The notes below the pieces were generated by a model. That model had not been told where the DNA came from and ran no database searches. It worked only from the letters and a program-made list of their open reading frames with translations. A stretch of DNA of 64,000 nt, from sequence record NC_070936.1; one strand, 5' to 3'. Shown piece after piece: positions 10,289 to 20,059 of the stretch. Position 1 is the first letter of the stretch, and each line of letters begins with the position of its first letter. Position numbers and translations under genes: made by a program.

Positions 10289-11068
10289 TTATGCTAATTT
10301 TTTAGCTTCAGTTATTTGCAGTTGAAGCACGCGAGTCAGTTCACTTAACTGGGCGAGCATTATCCCTGCGAAGTTAGCATTATCTACTAACTCACCAATC
10401 GCCATATTAAGGGATTCGGTTTCTTTAGGATTCAGAATAACTTCCGATTCTTCTATCTTAGCTTTCAGAAGGTTGGTAACGTAAATGACATTATCCATAC
10501 GCTTACTAACAACTTCAACATCACGCGCATTCAAAGTCTGCACGACCGTATTAAAGTTATTAAGGATATCTGTTGCCGAACCAAAGTTAGGATACAGTTC
10601 ATTCAGGCTACGAGTATAAGCCCCGGTATCTTTCATGAAGTTCTGGAAAGTCTCACGAGATTTAGAAATGAGAACCAGATCGTTCACATTGCGAATGCTA
10701 AAAGGAACTTGTCCAGTAGCTGCCGCTTTTTTAATACCGCGGTATACATTATCAGCTTGAGAATCAACCATTTTGATAATAGGAACTGCGTGGAGAACAA
10801 ACTCTACGAAATCCTTAAAGGACCAAACTGATGGGTTAAAGAATACTGGAGATGGGATATGTTTGATAGCAGCAGAAAAGTACACATTCTGATTAGCTAA
10901 ATCTTTCCATACTTCCCCACCTTTAACGGTGTGAATTGACTTATTAAAGTTCTTAGCGTTAAAGGCATCAAACCCAACACTGAGTTCTTTAAAGAAAGAA
11001 GTAAAGCGCTCGCCGACTGAAAGGGCTTCGTTGCCACTTACATCGGTATTTAATAATTCGGTAGACAT
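10289..11068 (-). CDS. putative processed virion head protein (phiKZ gp153-like)
   Basis: Short N-terminal leader ending SGNE|A; helical; divergent from the recombinase as in phiKZ-like genomes (recalled). Confidence 0.55.
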   Translation of the reverse strand: MSTELLNTDVSGNEALSVGERFTSFFKELSVGFDAFNAKNFNKSIHTVKGGEVWKDLANQNVYFSAAIKHIPSPVFFNPSVWSFKDFVEFVLHAVPIIKMVDSQADNVYRGIKKAAATGQVPFSIRNVNDLVLISKSRETFQNFMKDTGAYTRSLNELYPNFGSATDILNNFNTVVQTLNARDVEVVSKRMDNVIYVTNLLKAKIEESEVILNPKETESLNMAIGELVDNANFAGIMLAQLSELTRVLQLQITEAKKLA

Positions 11069-11135
11069 GCTATGGCAAACTCCACTAGTGTGTGTTATTG
11101 AAACGTTTCATAACATTTAAATAAAAGGTATTACA

Positions 11136-12605
11136 ATGCTGACTGCATTTAACTTCTTGAAAGACTACGGCGCTGAATCCAACCTTCAAATTGGTTTGAA
11201 CGTCTCTCCTATCTTTGACCTTCTGACCACCACTATGATCAAAGGTAAAGATGGGGTTTGGTACATGAACGGCGGTCTGATGCCGATCAACGGTTTGGCA
11301 GGTGGTAACAACACCCAGAAAACCGGTAAGACTGTAAAGGACGTTGCTAAGTTACTCCATCGTTTCCAACACTCCATTATTCTGTATGGTGATACTGAAT
11401 CTACACTTGACGTTTCTCGTCTGGCTGAAGAAGTCGATCGCCTGTTTGGTATTCCTGGGTACTTCGAAGAAAATATCGAAGATGTCCGTTTCCACTACAT
11501 GCCTAACTCTGCTGGTATTGATGGGACCGAACTGCACAATAAAGTAATTGAAATCTATAAGACTATTACTGCATTGTCAGAATCCAAAGATAAAGAAGAA
11601 CAGGCCGCGTATAAGTCTCTGTTCCTGGATACTCCATTCTGGTCACAGAAAGCTAATAAGCACGTTCAGGTTATGCAACCTATCCTGTTCATTTGTGACT
11701 CTATCTCTGAAGTTCTGTTTGATAACTTGATGTTCAAACAGTTCGATGAAGGTGAGATGGATGAAGGTGGTAAAAAGCGTACTCGTGATATGGAGATCGG
11801 TAACCTGCGTCGTATCCTGATGACAGATACCTGTATCCTTGGTCCGCGTGTTGGTCTGCGTTCTTACTGGATCGCTCAGTCTGCTGATGTTATCAACATG
11901 GATGGTAAGCCAAAAGAGAAAGACTCTACCTTCCTGCGTCATAACAAAAAGCTGGCTGCTCCTAAAGCAATGCTTAAGTTACCGCACATCGGTATTGAGA
12001 TCATCAAAGGTCAGGTTCTTAAACAACCAGATCACTCTGTGACTTATCCTCGTGGTAAAGATTCTACTATCTCTTCCAATGCTAAGTCTAACCCAGAACT
12101 GGTTCAGTATTACACCACGGTCTTCCGTAACAAATCTGGTAGCTCCGGTGGTGATATTAGCTTCGTTGCTGGTCAGGCAGAAGGTATCCTTGAATACCTG
12201 TCAATGTATGATGCATTGAAAGATAACAAATACTTTGGTTTGGAAGGTTCGGCTATTCGTCATAGCTGTGCTCTTATGCCAGAAGTAAGCATTATGCGTA
12301 CGACAGTTCGTGAACTCCTGGAAGGCCCAGAAGCTAATCACAAACTGCAACGTGCAATTGAGCTGTGCTATCACATCTGGCACATGCAGACTTTCTGGGA
12401 TAACTTCCCTGAAGAATGGCGTCTTACTCCATCTGAGATCTATGCTAAAGGCAAAGAACAAGGATTGGATTGGGATGATGTTCTTGAAAATACCATCTAC
12501 TACTGGCACGATAACCCAGAGATCAAGAAACATACATTAACCGTTTACGAACTGATGGAAATCATCGTGAATGGTAAGAAACCATATTGGAAGGAAAAGA
12601 AATAA
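11136..12605 (+). CDS. uvsX: UvsX/RecA-like recombinase (phiKZ gp152-like)
   Basis: NGG..GLAGGNNTQKT P-loop variant, YGDTESTLD, Walker B-like FICDSISE, FRNKSGSSG. Confidence 0.8.
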   Translation: MLTAFNFLKDYGAESNLQIGLNVSPIFDLLTTTMIKGKDGVWYMNGGLMPINGLAGGNNTQKTGKTVKDVAKLLHRFQHSIILYGDTESTLDVSRLAEEVDRLFGIPGYFEENIEDVRFHYMPNSAGIDGTELHNKVIEIYKTITALSESKDKEEQAAYKSLFLDTPFWSQKANKHVQVMQPILFICDSISEVLFDNLMFKQFDEGEMDEGGKKRTRDMEIGNLRRILMTDTCILGPRVGLRSYWIAQSADVINMDGKPKEKDSTFLRHNKKLAAPKAMLKLPHIGIEIIKGQVLKQPDHSVTYPRGKDSTISSNAKSNPELVQYYTTVFRNKSGSSGGDISFVAGQAEGILEYLSMYDALKDNKYFGLEGSAIRHSCALMPEVSIMRTTVRELLEGPEANHKLQRAIELCYHIWHMQTFWDNFPEEWRLTPSEIYAKGKEQGLDWDDVLENTIYYWHDNPEIKKHTLTVYELMEIIVNGKKPYWKEKK

Positions 12606-12606
12606 A

Positions 12607-12969
12607 ATGAATGACTTTAGCTACGACTATTCGGTACTTGTAATCGCAGAACCTGACTTCCTCAACAAAGGCAAGGATTGCGAAGCATATCGAGAGAAGT
12701 TAATGAACTTCTTAGAGAAGCGAGCTGGGGAGAGTACGCTGCGCGCAATCAGTATCACTGGTAGCTACGGTCTCCCCATGGAAACTCAGATTGAAGTCGA
12801 TAGTCGGAACAAGACTTCTTTCGTTAAATCGCTTGATGATCAACTGCTTCAATTTAATGAGATCGTGATAATCACGAACTTTGAGAATGATAGCTACATT
12901 GATGCATTGAGTATCCGTGCTGCTGAACTCTCAAAAACCTTAACTATCTATGGTTACGAGACTAAGTGA
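12607..12969 (+). CDS. hypothetical protein
   Basis: ATG at 12607 just after the recombinase stop; 120 aa. Confidence 0.7.
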   Translation: MNDFSYDYSVLVIAEPDFLNKGKDCEAYREKLMNFLEKRAGESTLRAISITGSYGLPMETQIEVDSRNKTSFVKSLDDQLLQFNEIVIITNFENDSYIDALSIRAAELSKTLTIYGYETK

Positions 12970-13646
12970 TGAAAAACCGGAAAGAGATAGAAAGTGATAT
13001 TCTTGCATTAGCTAAGAAGTTCACTCTTGGTGGTGGAAACCACCAACTCTATTCCGAACTGTTTGGGCGTCTTGATGACGCCCAGTTTGCTAAGTTCTGG
13101 AATAGCATTTGCGATAACAAGTTTATTCCGATGTTTGTTGACAACTACAATGTGAAAGAAGGCATTAACTACGATCACATGGTTAAGGTTGCTGCGGAAT
13201 ACAACATCCCGTTGGAACAACAGTTGGTTATCACTGACCCAGATACTGGTTTGACTTTCACCACACCAGAAACTGCGTTGGTTGGTTTTGCTGAAGCACG
13301 TAAGCAACGTCAGTTACAAGCTAAGAAGTTTGGCGCATCTAAGCACGACTATGAAACTGAAGACTTGACTGGTCAACCTACTGGCGATTCAAAAGCTGGC
13401 GGTATCTCTAACCCAGAGATTCAGGTTCTTCTTTCTTTAGGTCTTCCTACTTTAGCTAAAGAGTTGGCAGACGTTCGTGGTGGTGATGCTGGCGCTTATC
13501 GTGCATATAAGAATGACATCCTGACCTCTGGCCAGGCAACTACTGAATCTGCGTTGACACGTGGTACCGGTGTTAAGTCACTTCAAACAGCACACTACCT
13601 TCTGTTAGGCCAGCACATTGATAACAACCTGAATTCGAGAGACTAA
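12966..13646 (+). CDS. virion RNA polymerase beta subunit, C-terminal part (phiKZ gp149-like)
   Basis: DLTGQPTGDSKAGGISNPEIQVLLSLG and ELADVRGGD align with the RpoB C-terminal motif (SLVTQQPLGGK..GGQRFGEMEVWALEAYG..EMLTVKSDD). Confidence 0.85.
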   Translation: MMKNRKEIESDILALAKKFTLGGGNHQLYSELFGRLDDAQFAKFWNSICDNKFIPMFVDNYNVKEGINYDHMVKVAAEYNIPLEQQLVITDPDTGLTFTTPETALVGFAEARKQRQLQAKKFGASKHDYETEDLTGQPTGDSKAGGISNPEIQVLLSLGLPTLAKELADVRGGDAGAYRAYKNDILTSGQATTESALTRGTGVKSLQTAHYLLLGQHIDNNLNSRD

Positions 13647-14122
13647 TGGAACAGCAAATTAGTTACGATCCGATTGTTCAGTTGATCAGTTATGTAGCTG
13701 AAGAGTTACATCAGGAAATCGTTATTAACCAGGATAGTTCTGAGTTCTGGAAAAAGGCTCAGGATTATATCTTTGACAATAGCGTAGCTTCTGTACGTGA
13801 AGGCATAAACAACTTATCTGAAGGTATCGGTGAATCACCAGACCTTTATAGTTATCTTAGTAGTTTGGTCTTCAGGACTTTCTCCCAACCTTTCACAGCT
13901 CCTGCCCTTGAAAGTTTCTCAAAAGGGTTTGATATGGTAGCTGGCGATGCTTTCTTCCGTGATGGCTTTGGTTTCAAAGCTAGTGAGATGACCAAGGTAG
14001 AACAACTACTATTGTTCATTACCGTTCATCGTAATCACATTCAGCTTGCCTTTATGGAAGCAGAAGAGGAAGCAGAGAAACAGCGTATTGAAGAAGCTCT
14101 ACGGCAAAGAAAAAGGCAATAA
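13646..14122 (+). CDS. hypothetical protein
   Basis: 158 aa, TAATG-coupled. Confidence 0.7.
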   Translation: MEQQISYDPIVQLISYVAEELHQEIVINQDSSEFWKKAQDYIFDNSVASVREGINNLSEGIGESPDLYSYLSSLVFRTFSQPFTAPALESFSKGFDMVAGDAFFRDGFGFKASEMTKVEQLLLFITVHRNHIQLAFMEAEEEAEKQRIEEALRQRKRQ

Positions 14123-14128
14123 CCGACG

Positions 14129-14857
14129 ATGAACATTGAAGTCTATACCGAAATGGATTCGTTGTTTGACGCTCGCCGTGGCATCATTATTAAATGTGCT
14201 TTGGAATCTGGCAATAAACGTTTCGACTGGAACAGGAACTTTAAAGAGATCTATGCTCGACGTCGATTCGATTACTTTCATCAACCTGAATTAGGTATTA
14301 CTGATGAAGGGTTTAAAGCCCGGTATGCTCAGCGGTCCATAGCTGACTTTGCTGATGAAACACAAGCATACATCATTCCAAGTAATCTCATATACAACAT
14401 CTTTAAGATAGTACGTGAGATTGAGTTCGGTGTAGGTCAGATCATCTCAGTGTCTAAGTTTAACTTAACGGTTAATCTGTATCCTTATGTATTGACTCAA
14501 GATCTGACTGACGAACTAGCATCTGTAATCCGTGGAGCGGTTCCGTTTAACATTGGTCTATCCTTTGTAAACATACCGTATGAAAATTTAACTCCTGCGG
14601 TTTTACACGCTTATCAGTATTGCTTCATTTATGACTTCCTGACTGGTGAACATCGTAAAGCATATTGGGAAAATTATGTCCCAGCTGCAAATACGAATAC
14701 CAAGTTCATAGTTCCAGATGTAATACTGAATAAGGAACTTCCAGAAGAAATGAGAAGCGAAAAGCCTATCGATCTAATTGGAAAAATGAATGCTACTCAA
14801 GGTGGTAAAATAACCTGGGTCCCATACTCAAAAACCATATTCGATTATAAAGAATAA
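14129..14857 (+). CDS. hypothetical protein
   Basis: 242-aa ORF in the same operon. Confidence 0.75.
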   Translation: MNIEVYTEMDSLFDARRGIIIKCALESGNKRFDWNRNFKEIYARRRFDYFHQPELGITDEGFKARYAQRSIADFADETQAYIIPSNLIYNIFKIVREIEFGVGQIISVSKFNLTVNLYPYVLTQDLTDELASVIRGAVPFNIGLSFVNIPYENLTPAVLHAYQYCFIYDFLTGEHRKAYWENYVPAANTNTKFIVPDVILNKELPEEMRSEKPIDLIGKMNATQGGKITWVPYSKTIFDYKE

Positions 14858-14860
14858 GGT

Positions 14861-14894
14861 CACCCTAGGAGCCCCGCAAGGGCTCCTAGGAGTG
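14861..14894. terminator. bidirectional terminator-like hairpin
   Basis: 11-bp stem CCTAGGAGCCC/GGGCTCCTAGG between convergent genes. Confidence 0.75.
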
Positions 14895-14905
14895 TTTGTT
14901 GTCTA

Positions 14906-15508
14906 TTAAGATTCTGGATCGAATTCTTCATCGTCATCTTCAGGAGCTTCGGTTGTATTTACCGTTACTTCCATATCGTCGTCGTCAAAGGTAGATTCAA
15001 TCTCCTTAGCGTTAACGATCTGACGACCTTGGTACAGTTCGTCTTCTTTGATCTCGTCATCTGGATCTTCTATACGGATAATAGGAGCCAATGGATCAAG
15101 TACGAATGCCTGATTACCATAAGTTGGAATCACAAGCTTGCCTGCAGCTACTTCATTAAGAGCGTTAACGAAGGTTGCAAAGTTAGCTCGGTTGTCTTCC
15201 AATTCTCTGTCCTTGAGTCTCTCTTTGCGATCGTCACGAACGGTCTTCTCAAGTTGAGCAAGAATGGTATTGATGGAATCCAACAGTTTAGGGTTGTTAG
15301 GTTTATTAATAAAAGTCTGAGTAGCGATATCTAACAACAGGGTACGTTGCTTCTGAATAATACCAACTAACTCATTCTCAGCTTCTTTGCTCTGAGGACC
15401 TTTAAGAACCTTATTGATTTCAGCAATCAAAGCGTCCTTATCGGTTACGGTTTTCAATTTCTCATCAGACGGCGGGGCCGGATGAATTTCATCATCATGG
15501 TCAAACAT
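14906..15508 (-). CDS. hypothetical protein with acidic C-terminal tail
   Basis: 200-aa ORF with GGAG RBS. Confidence 0.75.
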   Translation of the reverse strand: MFDHDDEIHPAPPSDEKLKTVTDKDALIAEINKVLKGPQSKEAENELVGIIQKQRTLLLDIATQTFINKPNNPKLLDSINTILAQLEKTVRDDRKERLKDRELEDNRANFATFVNALNEVAAGKLVIPTYGNQAFVLDPLAPIIRIEDPDDEIKEDELYQGRQIVNAKEIESTFDDDDMEVTVNTTEAPEDDDEEFDPES

Positions 15509-15540
15509 AATTACTCCATATTCTTTAGCGACTATTATAT

Positions 15541-15563
15541 TTCAAACAAATATTATCAAAGTA
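15541..15563 (+). promoter_or_regulatory. putative early (vRNAP) promoter, copy 1
   Basis: TTCA-aacaa-ATATTAT-caaa-GTA; same spacing as five other copies; resembles the phiKZ early TATATTAC motif. Confidence 0.55.
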
Positions 15564-15617
15564 GATACGGTGGAAATCTAATTTAATAATATACGTTATA
15601 GTCTTGAGGTAAATAAG

Positions 15618-16169
15618 ATGTTCTTTGAAAAGCTATTAAACAAGATTCCTTTCTTCCGTAATCGTCGCATCAAGAAGATTAAGGAGGATCTCGCTGAGAT
15701 TAAACATGACTTCACTGAGGGTCATTTTAATGAGCAATTTATCAGTGGTCTTCACAATATCCTAAATAGTTCCTTAATCGACTTCTCAGACGATTTAGTG
15801 GCGACTTCATTAAATGATATTACGACGTATTCAAAAACGTCTATATCGGCTCTGAAGCTCGCAGAAAAACCGATTATATCGAAAGCAACTCTTGGACTTT
15901 CCCCGTTGTTAAGCATGTCAAGAACAACCGGGTATTTCTCAGAGTGGTATTCTAACGAAGACTCTTTGTTAGAATTTATTAGCGTGATGAAACTGTATTT
16001 GCAAGCCCACACTTGGCAAATTGCAAACCCTGACTACCAGAATCAGGAGAAGGTTTCTGAACTTATTAATAGCATGAATCCTGAGTTTTTGGACTCACTA
16101 TTATATAGACTATTATTAGAAGATCTGGTCAGTATAATAACATTCTACGTAGAGAGCAAATATGATTGA
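15618..16169 (+). CDS. hypothetical protein
   Basis: 183 aa, GAGG RBS. Confidence 0.75.
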   Translation: MFFEKLLNKIPFFRNRRIKKIKEDLAEIKHDFTEGHFNEQFISGLHNILNSSLIDFSDDLVATSLNDITTYSKTSISALKLAEKPIISKATLGLSPLLSMSRTTGYFSEWYSNEDSLLEFISVMKLYLQAHTWQIANPDYQNQEKVSELINSMNPEFLDSLLYRLLLEDLVSIITFYVESKYD

Positions 16170-16572
16170 GAAGAATAAGGGCCTGTCGTTCAGCAAGAAT
16201 AAGAACTTTGTTCCTGCTGAACAGTTAACGGATGTACCAAGCCGTCTTTTCAGAAAGATCGTGGATGTACTGAACATTAACAATGCAAAGTGGAAAACGT
16301 ATTTAGATGATTACTTACGTTGGCAGCACCCTGACGATTCCGGTCCGGCAGCTGAAGTTAAACGTCAGCGCTCGACCGCCTTGGGGAATTTGCAAAGTAC
16401 CTTGTTTTACTCCAAGAACTTAACTTGGAACAAATTGTTGGTAGCTCTAAAGATCTGTCGAGTTACGAAGATCCGTGTGATCTTTGAAATAGAAACAGAA
16501 TCTGGTGAGCAACACACCATCACTGAAACTACAGTTCTTCGTAAATCACCAAAGGGCACTGTAGACGAATAA
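16162..16572 (+). CDS. hypothetical protein
   Basis: 136 aa, overlaps the previous gene. Confidence 0.7.
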   Translation: MIEKNKGLSFSKNKNFVPAEQLTDVPSRLFRKIVDVLNINNAKWKTYLDDYLRWQHPDDSGPAAEVKRQRSTALGNLQSTLFYSKNLTWNKLLVALKICRVTKIRVIFEIETESGEQHTITETTVLRKSPKGTVDE

Positions 16573-16579
16573 CGGATGT

Positions 16580-16605
16580 GTTACCTTACCTTCGGGTAAG
16601 GTAAC
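16580..16605 (+). terminator. intrinsic terminator
   Basis: 11-bp stem with TTCG loop, followed by a T-rich tract. Confidence 0.75.
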
Positions 16606-16641
16606 CTCTTTTAAATAATTTATTTTTTTTTAGGATTAATT

Positions 16642-17757
16642 ATGTCAACTTTAGTTCAAAGAGCAAGTTTGTTTGAAGGGGTAGACCTAAATAACAAACT
16701 ACAAGAAGCTAGCCGTTCAATGACAGAAACGGTATCTGGTTTAACTAACCAATTAGTCAATCCATTTAAAGTAGTCACTGAAGCTACTGAATCCGGTGTT
16801 GCGTTAATTAGTGAGAAACAGTCGCAGATTGCTTCTAATATTAGTGCTTATAAATCTCAGGCTCTAACCGGCATCAACAATGCTATCAAAGGTCTTACCG
16901 GTGGATTGTTAAATATCGGTGACATCGGTAGTATCGTTACCTATCAAGATGGGTTTAAAGTTAATACTGATGAGTTACTACGTTTAGGTAGTAAAGGTCT
17001 TGGCTTTAACATCAACTCCATGCGTGATTTGAAACAGCAAATCGGTAATGGGTTTATTGATGAACTTGATAAAATGACCGGTGGGTTGGCTTCTGGTTTA
17101 TTTTACGCTGATGGAACCAAGTTACACATTGCTGATGGTTGGGAAATGAATATGGGGATGTCTCTCATTGACTTCCTCGGAAAAGACGACCCTGATGGAT
17201 TTGGGACCATTGTTAACGTAGCAGCCATGAATAGCATCCTTAATACGATGCTTGATAAAACCATTGGGTATGGAATGTGGCAAGGTTATGGTAATTACGG
17301 AAACATGTATCTGTTCCAATCCGATTACCATGACCAACTTATCGATTCATTAGGTTTGGCAATCGGGCGTGGTGATTGTAAATCTATTCAAGTCATCTTT
17401 GATATCATCAAACAAGAAGGTATCAATAAAGTTAAAGCTAAGTATCCTGAATTGATTGAACAGATGCTTTCTAACTTTACATTTAGCTCTGACGAAGATG
17501 CTAGTAATTATCAAGAGATCAAAGTCCTGTTACTTCAAGTTATCGAAACTGTAGGCGGTAAAGACTGGTACCAGTATCCGACTTCATTTGGTCCAGCAAC
17601 CAACTTAGCTTTAGTTAACTTTATTTCTGATGACGCCAAACTTCTATTAGGTGAAGAAACTAATTTGGTTCCTTTATTATGTTCATCCGGAATCTTCATT
17701 GATCAATCAGCTCCTGATGTCTTCATGCAAGATTTCCCTAAAGCAGTTAAATTCTAA
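16642..17757 (+). CDS. putative virion (tail/baseplate) protein
   Basis: 371 aa; lies next to the tail lysin cluster; role inferred from context. Confidence 0.55.
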   Translation: MSTLVQRASLFEGVDLNNKLQEASRSMTETVSGLTNQLVNPFKVVTEATESGVALISEKQSQIASNISAYKSQALTGINNAIKGLTGGLLNIGDIGSIVTYQDGFKVNTDELLRLGSKGLGFNINSMRDLKQQIGNGFIDELDKMTGGLASGLFYADGTKLHIADGWEMNMGMSLIDFLGKDDPDGFGTIVNVAAMNSILNTMLDKTIGYGMWQGYGNYGNMYLFQSDYHDQLIDSLGLAIGRGDCKSIQVIFDIIKQEGINKVKAKYPELIEQMLSNFTFSSDEDASNYQEIKVLLLQVIETVGGKDWYQYPTSFGPATNLALVNFISDDAKLLLGEETNLVPLLCSSGIFIDQSAPDVFMQDFPKAVKF

Positions 17758-17762
17758 ACAAG

Positions 17763-17804
17763 CATAACCCTTACCCCTCCTCACGGAGTGGGTAAGGGAA
17801 TATG
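17763..17804. repeat. repeated intergenic hairpin, copy D
   Basis: cataacccttacccctcctcacggagtgggtaagggaatatg at a convergent junction; GTGA loop on the minus strand. Confidence 0.8.
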
Positions 17805-17815
17805 TATTATTTTTT

Positions 17816-20020
17816 TTATCTGTTCAGAGGTCTACCGGTAAAGATACGTGCAATATCACCAACAATACTATCGTTAACAACGCCAGCGATAGTTGCAGGT
17901 TTGAACATGTTCTCAGCATCTGTAGCAAGACGAGTCATACGACGGTTTAAGTCATTATAACGAAGAACAGTGTCCAAGTAATCAACACCAGCAACACGGT
18001 TAACCCAGTCATTGTATTTACCAATGTCTCCCAGATAACGGGCAGAGACACCAGCAACGTTTAACAACGCCAGAGGATTTGTAACACGTGCAATAGGAAC
18101 ACTCATGACTTTATCCAAGTCAGCGATAGTGAGATCAACACGGACGTTACGTGGCTTCATATCGGTAGTCCAACCTAATGGACCATTACCAAATGTGAAG
18201 GAAGCGTTCTGAACAATTCCTGTACGAATAATAGATCTACCACGACTGAAACACTTAACCAAGAAAGGAGAAGTATAAGTCGAACCACCTGTTGAGAAAG
18301 GAACAACGAATGGCATGATCAGAGCTAATGGTAAAAACACATTAGTCGCAATGGAGTATGGGTGTGCGTATGGCGCTTCAAAGTAGAAACTGAATTGTTC
18401 ACTATGAAGATTGGTATCAGAATCAGACCAGTGCTCAGGGATATCTACTTTTGCGTTACCCAACAGAGCAAGAGGTACGTTACCAATGACAGACCCAGCG
18501 GCCAGGCCAGCGGCAGCATCCTTGATCCCACCAACAAAGCTATCGATAATGTCGACACCTGTATTACCTCCAGCAATGTTAAACTTAAAGTCCTGAACTG
18601 CTTGGACAGTGTTGTTGAAAGTGGAAGCTATGGCAGATTGCGTTGTTTGGTTACTGAAAGTATCACTAACTGTCCCGATTCCTTCAGTACGGAATGTAAC
18701 CCCATCCATACCGCCGTAGAACCCATCCATAAGCAGTTGACCGATCTGACCAAGCCAACTGGACTCATCCAAGTCAGGTGCATCAGAAATCGATTGTGGG
18801 ACGGTTCCTTGCATATCAGGTCCAGTGGTTCCACTTTCGCCATTAGTGACACCAAATGAACTCATCCCTTCTGTTTGGACTTGTGCTCTTAACTTATCGA
18901 TATAAGAACCTTCAGTCCCAACACCTGCAGCAGCAGTTGCTGTAGCATCGGTAGGTTTGATGTTCACGCCTGCCTGAACACTGGTATATGCAGAAGCTAC
19001 TTCAGGATAGGATATCTCATCAACACCACGGTCCTTAGCAACAGTCTTGAGTTCTTCCATTAGGTATTGACTTGTTGTCATCCCACTTGTGTATCCACCA
19101 TTGGCGTTTACAAATGAGGAGTCCTTCATCAAGTCATTAAGGATATCTTCAATAGCCGAGTCTTTCTGTTCAACACTACGAATAGCAATGTTGTTATCCA
19201 GGTCCTTCACCTTCTTCATAAAGTAACGGAACTTACGAACACCACGAGTTGAAACTTTAAGGATATCGATTGTTCCATCTTTATTGATAGCGTCAGGGAA
19301 GAGACTATTCAGATAAGATGCGTTGTTTCTAGCAGCTGTTGAATCCTTGATATACCCTTTCTCTCCACCACCATTAAAGTCACGGTCACCTTTCTTAGTG
19401 TTACCTTGATCTTGGCGATCGTTAGGAAGAACAGTTAAAGCATAACCTGCTGCAATCATCAAGTCATTAAAGATACCTTGAGCTGCAGTGAAGTACATGC
19501 CCTGAGCTGGCTTACAATAATACCATTTGTTCTTTGGTGTGTTCGTTAAGAACTCAAAGAAGTTAAATGATGTTGCGATGATCTGAGCTGGCCAGAATGC
19601 AATAGCGCCCGCAGCTTGTCCAATATAGAAAGCCCAGGTTGGAGCACGACCTTTGTTAGCCATGATTGCTGCTGAATAATCAAACATGTTCAGAATGAAA
19701 GTAATCATACCTGTAAATTCAGCGACACCTGCAGTGAGTGTTACTGATAAGGCATTGTCATTATGAATACGTTTGTAATAACGCCCTTGGTTACCTAAAC
19801 GGTTTTCCATTAGAGGTTTAGGATGAGGATCGGTATTTAAACCGAACCCAGGCAATGGGTTAATAAATTTATTATCACCAATTGCTGTAGAAAAGAAGCT
19901 AGTGTAGAGATCATAGTCAGACCTGATTAATACCTTCTCAGGATCTTTGATCCCGTCGCTCATAATACGAAATGAACGACTAACTATGTTTGCGTCCTTA
20001 TAAGGAACTGATACGCTCAT
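17816..20020 (-). CDS. virion baseplate/tail structural protein (phiKZ gp182-like)
   Basis: 734 aa directly downstream of the tail lysin; DIPEHWSDS and SPFLVKCFSRG tube/hub-like C-terminal region. Confidence 0.65.
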   Translation of the reverse strand: MSVSVPYKDANIVSRSFRIMSDGIKDPEKVLIRSDYDLYTSFFSTAIGDNKFINPLPGFGLNTDPHPKPLMENRLGNQGRYYKRIHNDNALSVTLTAGVAEFTGMITFILNMFDYSAAIMANKGRAPTWAFYIGQAAGAIAFWPAQIIATSFNFFEFLTNTPKNKWYYCKPAQGMYFTAAQGIFNDLMIAAGYALTVLPNDRQDQGNTKKGDRDFNGGGEKGYIKDSTAARNNASYLNSLFPDAINKDGTIDILKVSTRGVRKFRYFMKKVKDLDNNIAIRSVEQKDSAIEDILNDLMKDSSFVNANGGYTSGMTTSQYLMEELKTVAKDRGVDEISYPEVASAYTSVQAGVNIKPTDATATAAAGVGTEGSYIDKLRAQVQTEGMSSFGVTNGESGTTGPDMQGTVPQSISDAPDLDESSWLGQIGQLLMDGFYGGMDGVTFRTEGIGTVSDTFSNQTTQSAIASTFNNTVQAVQDFKFNIAGGNTGVDIIDSFVGGIKDAAAGLAAGSVIGNVPLALLGNAKVDIPEHWSDSDTNLHSEQFSFYFEAPYAHPYSIATNVFLPLALIMPFVVPFSTGGSTYTSPFLVKCFSRGRSIIRTGIVQNASFTFGNGPLGWTTDMKPRNVRVDLTIADLDKVMSVPIARVTNPLALLNVAGVSARYLGDIGKYNDWVNRVAGVDYLDTVLRYNDLNRRMTRLATDAENMFKPATIAGVVNDSIVGDIARIFTGRPLNR

Positions 20021-20038
20021 GTTTACCTCTAAAAGTAA

Positions 20039-20054
20039 GGGGACCGAAGTCCCC
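20039..20054 (-). terminator. hairpin after the tail lysin gene
   Basis: GGGGAC-TTCG-GTCCCC on the minus strand. Confidence 0.6.
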
Positions 20055-20059
20055 TCATC

